Source: Squalus acanthias (taxonomy: Eukaryota). Taken from it: a stretch of 64,000 nucleotides of DNA. This document shows positions 1-9,992 of the stretch, piece by piece (position 1 is the first letter of the stretch; the number at the start of each line of letters is the position of its first letter). The notes under the pieces were generated by a model, which searched no databases, was not told the DNA's origin, and was given only the letters and a program-made list of their open reading frames with translations. The position numbers were made by a program, and so were the translations under genes. The DNA lies in the NCBI GenBank assembly GCA_030390025.1, contig CM059425.1, positions 177,384,001-177,448,000 on the forward strand, read 5' to 3'.

Positions 1-2610
1 ACTGCAGCCACAGTACGCCGGTGGTGGAGGGTGTGAATGTTTAAGCTGGTGGATGGGGTGCCAATCAATCGGGCTGCTTTGTCCTGGATGGTGTCGAGCT
101 TCTTGAGTGTTGTTGCAGCTGCACTCATCCAGGCAACTGGAGAGTATTCCATCACACTCCTTACTTGTGCCTTGTAGATGGTGGAAAGGCTTTAGGGAGT
201 CAGGAGGTGAGACACTCGCCGCAGAATACCTAGCCTCTGACCTGCTCTTGTTGCCACAGTATTTATGTGGCTGGTCCAGTTAAGTTTCTGGTCAATGGTG
301 ACCCCCAGGATGTTGATGGTGGGTGATTTGGCGATGGTAATGCCGTTGAATGTCATGGGGAGGTGGTTAGACTCTCTCTTGTTGGAGATAGTCATTGCCT
401 GGCACTTCTGTGGCACGAAGGTTACCTGCCACTTATCAGCCCAAGCCTGAACGTCGTCCAGGTCTTGTTGCATGCGGGCATGGACTGCTTCATTATCTGA
501 GGAGTTGCGAATGGCACTGAACACTGTACAGTCATCAGCAAACATCCCCATTTCTGACCTTATATTGGAGGGACGGTCATTGATGAAGCAGCTGAAGATG
601 GTTGGGCCTCGGACACTGCCCTGAAGAACTCTTCCAGCGATGTCCTGGGGCTGTGATGATTGACCTTCAATCACCACAACCATCTTCCTTTGTGCTAGGT
701 ATGACTCCAGCCAGTGGAGCGTTTTCCCCCTGATTCCCATTGACTTCAGTTTTACTAGGGCTCCTTGATGCCAGACTCGGTCAAATGCTGCCTTGATGTC
801 AAGGGCAGTCACTCTCACCTCACCTCTGGAATTCAGCTCCTTTGTCCATGTTTGGCCCAAGGCTGTAATGAGGTCAGGGAGCCGAGTGGTCTTGGTGGAA
901 CCCAAACTGGGCATCAGTGAGCAGGTTATTGGTGAGTAAATGCCGCTTGATAGCACTGTCGATGACACCTTCCATCACCTTGCTGATGATTGAGAGTAGA
1001 CTGATGGGGCAGTAATTGGCCGGATTGGATTTGTCCTGCTTTTTGTGGACAGGACATACCTGGGCAGTTTTCCAAATTGTCGGGTAGATGCCAGTGTTGT
1101 AGCTGTACTGGAACAGCTTGGCTAGAGGCATGGCTAGTTCTGGAGCACAAGTCTTCAGCACAATAGCCGGGAAGTTGTCGGGGTCCATAGCCTTTGCTGT
1201 ATCTAGTGCACTCAGCCGTTTCTTAATATCACGTGGAGTGAATCGAATTGGCTGAAGACTGGCTTCTGTGATAGTGGGGACCTCGGGAGTAGGCCGATAT
1301 GGATCATCCACTTGGCACTTCTGACTGAAGATGGTTGCAAACGCTTCAGCCTTGTCTTTTGCACTCACCTGCTGGGCTCCGCCATCATTGAGGATGGGGA
1401 TATTCATGGAGCCTCCTCCTCCCGTTAGTTGTTCAATGGTCCACCACCATTCACGACTGGATGTGGCAGGACTGCAGATCTTTGATCTGAACCATTGATT
1501 GTGGGATCGCTTAGCCCTGTCTATAGCATGCTGCTTCCGCTTTTTAGCATGCATGTAGTCCTGTGTTGCAGCTTCCCCAGGTTGGCACCTCATTTTTAGA
1601 TACGCCTGGTGCTGCTCCCGGCATGCTCTTCTACACTCCTTATTGAATCAGGTTGGTCCCCTGGCTTGGTGGTAATGGTAGAGTGAGGGATATGCTGGGC
1701 CATGAGGTTACAGATTGTGGTGGAATACAATTCTGCTGCTGCTGATGGCCCACAGCGCCTCATGGATGCCCAGTTTTGAGCTGCTAGATCTGTTCTGAAT
1801 CTATCCCATTGAGCACGGTGGAAGTGCCACACAACACGATGGAGGGTGTCCTCAGTGTGAAGACGGGACTTCGTCTCCACAATGACTGTGCAGTGGTCAC
1901 TGCTACCAATGCTGTCATGAACAGATGCATCTGCGACAGGTCGATTGGTGAGGACGAGGTCAAGTAGGTTTTTCCCTCGTGTTGGTTCTCTCACCACCTG
2001 TCGCAGGCCCAGACTGGCAGCTATGTCCTTCAGGACTTGGCCAGTAGTGGTGCTACCGAGCCACTCTTGGTGATGGACATTGAAGTCCCCCACCCAGAGT
2101 ACATTCTGTGCCCTGCTACTCTCAGTGCTTCTTCCAAGTGGTGTTCAACATGGAGGAGTACTGATTCAGCAGCTGAGGGAGGGCGGAAGGTGGTAATCAG
2201 CAGGAGGTTTCCTTGCCCATGTTTGACCTGAAGCCATGAGACTTCATGGGGTCCAGAGTCAATGTTGAGGACTCCCAGGGCCACTCCCTCCCGACTGTAT
2301 ACCACTGTGCCACCACCCCTGGTGGGTCTGTCCTGCCGGTGGAACAGGACATACCCAGGGATGGTGATGGAGAAGTCTGGGACCTTGGCTGAAAGGAATG
2401 ATTTTGTGAGTATGACTATGTCAGGCTGTTGCTTGACTAGTCTGTGGGACAGCTCTCCCAATTTTGGCACAAGTCCCCAGACGTTGGTGAGGAGGACTTT
2501 GCAGGGTCGACTAGGCTGGGTGTGCCATTGCCGTGTCTGTAGCCGGTGCCGAGGTCGAATCTGGGTGGTCCGTCCGGTTTCATTCTTTTTATGTTTTGTA
2601 GCGGTTAGTT
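1..2610 (-). pseudogene. Frameshifted APE endonuclease-reverse transcriptase ORF of LINE-A
   Basis: Four consecutive ORF pieces in different frames. The first frame is open from about 2610 (after a TAA) through KVLLTNVWGLVPKLGEL. Confidence 0.9.
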
Positions 2611-2849
2611 ACAACTGAGTGACTTGCTGGGCCATTTCACAGGGCAGTTAAGAGTCAACCACATTGCCGTGGGTCTGGTGTCACATATCAGCCAGACCAG
2701 GTAAGGACGGCAGATTTCCTTCCCTAAAGGACATTAGTGAACCAGATGGGTTTTTACGACAATCCGATAATTTCATGGTTACCATTATTGATACTAGTAT
2801 TCCAGATTTATTTAATTAACTGAATTTAAATTCCCCAGCTGCCGTGGTG

Positions 2850-2931
2850 GGATTTGAACTCACCATCATTAGACTCGGATCCTTAGTCCAGGCCTCTGGA
2901 GTACTAGCCCAGTGAAATTACCACTACGCTA
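2850..2931 (-). promoter_or_regulatory. Internal RNA polymerase III (tRNA-type) promoter, box A and box B
   Basis: Minus strand TAGCGTAGTGG (2931-2921) fits TRGCNNARYGG; GAGTTCAAATCC (2861-2850) fits box B. Confidence 0.85.
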
Positions 2932-2937
2932 CCGTCT

Positions 2938-4240
2938 GCATGACTTCATCCCCTTGGAGGAGACGGTGCTGGTCATTCTTGGCAGGGGCATGGCTGACTA
3001 GTGGTCGGCGGCAGGGCTGAAAGATTAGATGATGCGATATCCTCATATGTTATCCTACTTCTCACATCCCACATCCCCCTCATCCCACAAACTCTTCTGA
3101 TTTACAATCTGCACTCTTGCTTTCCCCCACACCCACCTCCCCTCACCACAACCCTACCATTGTGCCTTTCTCATTTCAGACACCCAAGAAATCCAGACTG
3201 CCCAGCCAGTGGTTGAGCAAGACGAGGGGGAGGAGAATGAAGAAGAAGAAGAAACAACGTATCTCAATTTCATGCTCCCAGTCACCAGCTCAGATACTGA
3301 CACTCTGTGTACTTTCGCGAATAGGTTCGACGTGGGATCTGCACATGGTGAGACAGCGGGCACGAGTGGCCTGCAGTCAGGGCAGGGGGAAGGGGTAGCT
3401 CAGGTACCAGCTCCCCAGAAGGCGAGGTTGCACATGAGTTCTGTTGCACAAGACTCAGATGAAGAATTCAATGGGGTGGCCTACAGAAGAACACTGATGC
3501 GTATGCACAATGAAATGCTTGGTGCATTGGCAGGCCTGACAGAAAGCCTGAGTGCAATATCAAGGAACATGGAGGAGTCCAGCTCCAACTTTGCACAGGG
3601 CTTTGCACAGAGCTTGGAGCCCATCCTTTCCAGCGTGAAAGGAGTGGACAGATCCATTAACGCACTCGTGGACCCAACCGTCCTGCTGTGTCTGATGGCC
3701 GAAGTCTCAGCTTCCATTGCAGCACAAGCAGAAGCCACCCAATGTCTGAGTGCTGCAATGGAAGCTCAGACTGAAGTCATGCAAGCTCAGCTTGTTGCCA
3801 CGCAAGCACAGACTGCTGCCATCATGGCTGGGTTTACCAGCGCTGAAAGAGGCTTGCAGGGTGTCACAGCAGTCCAGTAGTCTGTCCTCCAGCAGATTAC
3901 TAGAATTGCTGAGGCGCTGCCCCGGGGAGGGGCAATGGATCCGTGGAGTTCGACCCTGCTGTCCTCTCTCAGGGTGACAGCATTCGTACTCCCACCACTG
4001 CCACTTTGCCAGTGCCCTTGGTGTTGCTTGTCAGCCAGCCAGCCCAGACTGCTGCCGCCCATGCCGCGATGGTGCAGTCCGAAGCTGGGCCTACTCGGCC
4101 CTGAGCACCTCGAGGACATCCTGCAAGGCCATCTGCAGTCTCCTCCACTGAAAGTCAGCAGCCTTCCACCAGCCACACTGCAGCCACTGGTGTAGCACTA
4201 GGATAGGCAAAGGCACACGCAAGACAGGGAGGGTGATTAG
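2938..4240 (+). pseudogene. Harbinger Myb/SANT-like accessory gene, exons 2-3 (decayed)
   Basis: Exon-2 remnant homologous to H3 exon 2; acceptor tttctcatttcag at about 3179; ORF 3209-3880 is acidic then Ala/Gln-rich coiled coil, similar to H3 exon 3. Confidence 0.8.
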
Positions 4241-4407
4241 TTGATTTTTAGATGTAATATTGGATGGATAGATGGATAAAGTTTGATTGGAATGTTTGTT
4301 TTGTGGTGGCTTTTATTGTAGCATTGTGGCCAAGAAGATGCTGTGATGGTCAGCAGCAAAGGGCAGGTAATGTGTGGGAATATTGTTGAATGGGGAATTG
4401 GGGTAGC

Positions 4408-5687
4408 ATTCACTGGTACCGCAGTCAGATGATTCAATCCCGGATATCCCGGCCAGAAAGGGGCTGTTGGGTTGCCTCCTTCCTTCGGCTTCCTCCTCCT
4501 CCTCTTCTGCTTCCTCCTCTTCCGCCTCCTCCTCTTCTTCCTCATCCTCTTCCTCTTCCTCCTCCTGCTCCTGAACTGATGGCTGTATACTTGGAGGCAA
4601 GGGCAGTGCCCTTATGATAGCCAGACTGTAAAGGATGCAGCAGACTACCATGAATCAGGACGCACACTCTGGTGAGTACTGTAGGGCTCCTCCAGGCAGT
4701 GGAAGCGTTGTTTAAGGATGCCAATAGTCTGCTCAATGATGTTTTGTGTGTCAGCATGGCTCTCGTTGTACGCATGGTGGCCACGTGTGGTTGGCTTGCG
4801 GAACGGAGTCATGAGCCAGGTGTTCAAGGGATAGCCCTTGTCACCCAGTAGCCAGCCTCTGGTTTGTCTGACAAAAGGTCATCGACCTGAAACGTTAACT
4901 CTGTTTCTCTCTCCACAGATGCTGAGTATTTCCAGCATTTTCTGTTTTTACTTCTGGTTTGTCATGGTGTCTCAAAGACGAGGGTACAGCGACTGGCGCA
5001 GAATAAAAGCTTTATGACTGCTGCCAGAATACTGGACATTCGCCATCACGATGTGCTGAGCATGGTCGCACACCAACTGCACATTCAGCGAGTGGTAACC
5101 TTTGCGTTTGCGGTACATCTCAGCATTTATATATGGTGCCCGCAAAGCCACGTGCGCACAGTCACTGGCGCCCTGCACCATGAGGAGGTCTGCTATCCTG
5201 GCAAAGCCACGTGCACACTCAGCCTGCTTCTCTCTGGTCAAAGAGAAGACAATAAAGTCCACTCTCCTAGAGTACAGAGCATCTGTCACCTTTCTCATGC
5301 AGCACTGGATGGTGAACTGTGAGATGATAGAAATGCCTGCTCCAGCCTGGAAGGATCCTGATGCAAAGAAATACAGGGCCACGATCACCTTCACAGTCAC
5401 TGGCAGCGCTGTCCTTGCTTTGGAGTGAGGCTGCAGGTCTGGTTGCAAGAGGTGGCAGAGTTCTGTGAACGCCTCCTTTGTAAAGTGCGGACGCCTCACA
5501 CACTGCACCTGGCACAAGTCGAGGTAAGAGAATTGCTCTCAGAAGGTGGTAGGTAAGGTCTCCTGCTGCGAGCCCTTCTCCCCCTCCTCCTCCTCGCTCT
5601 GTGAGCAGCTTGTCCTCTTCTTTGCTGCCTCTGCTCCATCTCCCTGTCATGCTGCAGGCCAAGGGGGATGACAACTAGAGCACCCAT
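4408..5687 (-). pseudogene. Harbinger (HARBI1-like DDE) transposase, frameshifted
   Basis: Motifs [55 protein letters not shown] and a poly-Glu tail. Confidence 0.92.
4869..4952 (+). mobile_element. Short Penelope-type terminal-repeat insert with degenerate hammerhead core
   Basis: CTGACAAA-AGGTC-ATC-GACCT-GAAACGTTA; 11-bp TSD TCTGGTTTGTC (4858-4868 and 4953-4963); interrupts the H1 transposase. Confidence 0.75.
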
Positions 5688-6204
5688 GACTGGGAGCAAG
5701 TGCTCTGACCAGAAGCCTTGAATTCAGAAGCAAGGCCTTTTCCACGTGCAGCACCACTCCCTGTCACCTCATCAACTTTAAATAACTCTAGAAAGCTCCA
5801 AGCAGTTTCACAAACTTACACAGAGCCAGTAGAAATCAAAAAGCAAGTTACCTGAAAGTTGGTGATGATCCCTTTAAGTAGCGCTGCTGGGGGTCCTTCC
5901 TGCTGCTGAACGCATGTTCAGCTGTGCAAGGCTAGTCAGGATGTTAGCTCCAGCGATGAGGATGAAAATGGCAGCACTGGCGTCAATTCAATGTAGCACG
6001 CTGATTGACATCATGATCTGCCTACTTACCATGCTTCTAGCGCATGCTTCTAATGGCCGCCCAATGCCCTCACCAAGATGGCGTCTGGCATGGCCCGCAC
6101 CAGAAGTGTGTGCGCACTGCTTGGGCGCCATTTTGGTCCCAAATCGGCACCCATAGTGCCCAAACAACAAGTGCTACGCAATTGAATTTCTAGGCCCATA
6201 ATTT

Positions 6205-6436
6205 CCACTTGGAAATAAATGGATTAATTAATGAAAAAGCCAACACAGATTTGCTAAAGCAAGTCGTGTCTGACAAACTTAATTGTGTTCTTCGATGAAA
6301 TAACCGAGAGGGTTGATCAAGGTAGTGCAGTTGATGTTGTGGGCCACATAATAGACTTGTTAGTAAAATTGAAGCCCATGGGATTAAAGGGGCAGCGGTA
6401 GTGTGGATACAAAATTGGCTAAGGGACAGAAAGCGG
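6205..6436 (+). mobile_element. CR1 RT fragment
   Basis: Homologous to the reverse complement of 25620-25860 (SCLTNL..FFDE.T.RVD.G.AVDVV; KIEAHGIKG). Confidence 0.8.
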
Positions 6437-7094
6437 ATGTAGGAGAAATGCTGCCGGAATACCCTTGGAGGGTAAGGCCTCCTGTTGAGAGCCCTGTTGG
6501 CCCTCCTCCCTCTGGCCACATTTTGCAATCTTTCTCTCTGCCTCCGCTGCCTCCGACGTTGGCGCTTGAGTGCGAAGTTCAGTGCCAGTACAGCCCCCAT
6601 TGAAGTATGGAAATGTTGCACTTTCAAATCTCACGTAAATAAAACTGAATAATTTTTCTGAGCCAGAAGAATCCTTCAACTGAAAAACGCTGAAATTGCT
6701 CAAAATGCCTGTTTGCCTATGTCAAACTGACAAGGCAGCAGTCTTTGCTGACTAAAAATAAATCGGATGCTAACGCCTTTATATAGCGCTCCTCCAACGC
6801 TCATCTGACTGCATACCACCTCCTCTACCTGTCGTTGCTAATGGCAGGCGCTCAGGGAGGGGGGCGAGAGAGAAATTCTGAGCCGGGGCGCTACCGGGGT
6901 GCTGCGCAGCCGGATGATGTAACGATCGCCGGCCGCAGGAGAGCGTGGCGCTAGTGGGTACCAGCGCCGCAATCCTCCACTTCAATTTCGCGGGCGTCAG
7001 TACTATCGCCGTGCCCAGTCGCTAAACCGGTAGCACCTCGGTAGCGCCTCTGGGGGCGCTAACGGGAGGTGCAAAGGTACCCAATTTCTCCCCC
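6437..7094 (-). mobile_element. Harbinger H2, terminal fragment with transposase N-terminus
   Basis: MGAVLAL..ARGRRANRALNRRPYPPRVFRQHFSY matches the H3 transposase start; terminus CCAATTTCTCCCCC at 7081-7094. Confidence 0.85.
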
Positions 7095-7109
7095 TATAAT
7101 TCTATGATT

Positions 7110-7445
7110 CAGTACTTGGTCTATACAGAGTTAGATGATCTCATCCAGAGATAGTGTTTGGGAATCAAGCTCAGTGTCCCTGGATAAAGGAAATGAATAA
7201 TCAGCCAGGCTTCCTGCTTCTGATCACTATCCAATAACTGTTCTGGAAAGTACATATATGTGGATACTAGTGAGGATGGGAACAGGCTCATCTTCAATAC
7301 TCCCGCCACCTTCTCTGTAGGATAAGCTCCCCGCACTCATTGTCTAGCTTCATGTATTAAGAATGTCTATTTGCTGATCTGGTGGAGGGCAGCTGGCAAC
7401 CATGGAAATGTATCCTGACATAAGTCACCACCTTCAGGATAGGAA
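7110..7445 (+). mobile_element. Old SINE (family B), 5'-truncated
   Basis: Colinear similarity to 25985-26350 and 50920-51190, ending in CCTTCAGG plus a purine tail. Confidence 0.55.
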
Positions 7446-8507
7446 TAAAGAAAACTTGGGGGGTGTAGTGGGGGGAATAATACAATGTTTTTCTTTGTTA
7501 AAAATGCACAATAGCATTCAAAGGACTGTTCTTTACCTGAGGACAGCGAGGTGTCAGCTCCACCCCTGGAGTTCCACATGGTGGACATAAAATCGAATAT
7601 GTAGAGAATAATAAATACTAGAGAATTGTGATGGAATTTGCTTCAAACACAGGCTCAGCTGGAGTATGCGAGGACTGTAATAGTGCCTGCTGCTGCTGCT
7701 GTAGTTGAAACGATTATTTCATATATTAGTCTGGTGAAAACTGATTGTTAATCACAGAGAGAGAGGCTGATGGTGTTGCTGTGAATCAGAAGCAAGGAAT
7801 CACAGGGTTAAAACAAAGGCATATCAGAAACAAAAGTCACCATTACAGGGGTGATTACATGGCAGTAATCTCATGGCAAGGTTCACTTGACAATATAAAC
7901 CACAAGAATAAACCTCAAGCTGTCTATAACCATCATCTGAATTGTAAAGATAGACTACACCTTTGAAATCACTCGAGCATCCTGATTTGTTTTAATAAAA
8001 TGCACACACTGAAATTCAGGAGGGGAAAAATTCGGTTGATTAGTGCCTCCCGTTAGCGCTCTAAGAGGGTGCTAATGGGGTGCAAAGCGACTAGCGCCCG
8101 TGCGCGGCGATGTTTGCGCCATTCGCGTTTTTGTCCAGACATTTTGCGGCGGCACAAAACACTACCGCCACGATCTCCTGCGCCCACAGATCGTGACGTC
8201 AGTCAAGCATGCAACGCCCCGGTAGCGCCCTAGACCAGATATTCAGTGGTGCCCCCAGCCTTTCCGCCTGCCGCTAGCAACGACAGGTAGAGGGGAACGT
8301 TTCGCAGTCGGGAAGGGTCTGGGAGAGCGCTATTTAAAGGCGGCTGCTTCCTGCCTTTTTTGTCGCCGACATTTTTGAACCACGCATTCTGAGAGAGAGA
8401 GAGACTTCTGGAGAGATTCAATGCTGTGTGAAGGAGTTTTGGGTACTGAGCAGCACTTTGCAGGTTCTTTTTGATTTGACCTTCCTTGCATCGATTTAGA
8501 AGAGACT

Positions 8508-9680
8508 GTGGGGGCTGCACTGATTCGGGGTGTTGTCCTGCACCTGCAGAATCAGAGGCATCAGAGACACAGAGAGAGAGTGGCAAACATGGCCAGAGGG
8601 AGGAAGGCCAACAGGCCTCTGCACAGGAGACCTTACCCTCCCAGGGTATTCTGGGAACAAATCTCCTACGTTTATTTGTCTGAGGAGCAGTGTTTGCGCA
8701 AAGCTGCGCTTCAGCAAGGAGGTGGTCACTGAGCTCTGCCACCTGCTGCAACCAAATCTGCAGCCTCAACTGAGGACCAGGACGTCTCTGTCGGTGGCAG
8801 TGAAGGTGACAGTGGCTCTGAATTTTTATGCCAGCGGCTCCTTTCAAGCATCTACTGGGGACATCGCCAATATCTCCCAGTTCGCTGTCCATTGTTGTAT
8901 CCGGGAGGTGACAAATGCCCTGTATAAAAGGAGACGCCAGTACATCTCTTTCCCCATGACCCGGGCCAAACAGCATGAACGCGCATGTGGCTTTGCTAGG
9001 ATAGCGGGCTTCCCCATGGTGTAGGGCGCCATTGACTGCATGTGGCATTGCAGGCACCGCATGAAAATGCAGATGTGTTCAGAAACCGCAAGGGCTACCA
9101 CTCCTTAAATGTGCAGTTGTTCTGTGACCACAGACAGCTGATACTCGCCGTCAATGCCCGCTATCCTGGCAGCAACCACGATGCTTTCATCCTGCGCCAG
9201 ACTGGTGTGCCAGACCTTTTCCAGGCACCGCATCACCCAAGTGGATGGCTCCTCGGGGTCAAGGGTTATCCACTCTGCACCTGGCTGATGACACCGCTCC
9301 GTAACCCCAACACCCCTGCCGAGCTGCGGTACAATGAGAGCCATATCGCCACCAGGAACATCATTGAGCAGACGATCGGCGTGCTCAAGCAACGGTTCCG
9401 CTGTCTGGACCACTCAGGAGGAGCCCTGCAGTACTCTCCTGAGTGAGTCTCCCTCTTCATAGTTGTGTGCTGCATGCTTCATAACCTGGCAATCCTGAGG
9501 ACCCAGCCAATGCCACCAGGGATTGGTGCACCACTGGAGGAAGAGGAGGAGGAAGAGGAGGATGAGGAGGAGGAGGAGGATGAGGAGGATGATCAGCAGC
9601 AGCACCAACGTGGGAGGGAGGCGCACAATGTTGCCATTGCAAGGGCCGTCCGTCAACGGCTGATAACAAGCCGCTTCTAG
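8508..9680 (+). pseudogene. Harbinger transposase (HARBI1-like), with stops and frameshifts
   Basis: ORFs 8508-8732, 8530-9024, 9042-9446 and 9465-9680: FYASGSFQ, GAIDC, NRKGYHSLNVQ, YPGSNHDAFIL, WLLGVKGYPL, IEQTIGVLKQRFRCL, CCMLHNLA, poly-E/D tail. Confidence 0.95.
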
Positions 9681-9992
9681 GCCCCTACTCAGAAGATGGC
9701 TTCTGGCATGGAGAACAACATCATGGAAAGCAAACCGCACCCCCTGTTGCCGGCCAAAGCTGGAATGATTCCAAAGGCCAAAAATGTAAATTTTGAATAC
9801 AACAACTTTTTTCTTTAACAAACTCTGTGTGTGTCATTTATTCAGGACAAACAATTCGAAACAAACACAACAAATCATGAATTAACAGAACTGGTTCTCA
9901 CAAGATGGAGATAAACGGCAAAACAGTAAACAAATGTAAGCACACGAACCTCGACCTTTACTACAAACATTCCCACCATTTATTTAGACCTC

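Larger units (their letters stand above)
1..2937 (-). mobile_element. CR1-group non-LTR retrotransposon (LINE-A) with tRNA-derived 5' head, no ORF1; 3' end lies outside the window
   Basis: Minus-strand ORFs 2030-2470, 1596-2093, 874-1593 and 192-968 give an APE endonuclease (NVWGL..PDIVIL, MGDFNVHH, SDHC) followed by RT (YCPISLLSIISKVME, LDIKAAFDRVWH, LQGSVRGP, FADD). Box A/B head at 2850-2931. Confidence 0.93.
2938..6197 (-). mobile_element. PIF/Harbinger DNA transposon H1, left part interrupted by LINE-A
   Basis: Transposase remnant on minus strand, Myb-gene exons 2-3 on plus strand, right terminus GAATTTCTAGGCCC ending at 6197. Confidence 0.9.

Noticed and set aside
2850..2937. Functional tRNA gene (also at 21130-21208, 25985-26070, 42531-42600)
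   Set aside because: Only box A/B similarity; I could not draw a convincing cloverleaf, there is no T-run terminator, and each head continues into a repeat body.
8230..9057. 275-aa minus ORF and similar long antisense ORFs (3787-4176, 33210-33680, 46957-47421, 48989-49672)
   Set aside because: Antisense shadows of transposon coding sequence.
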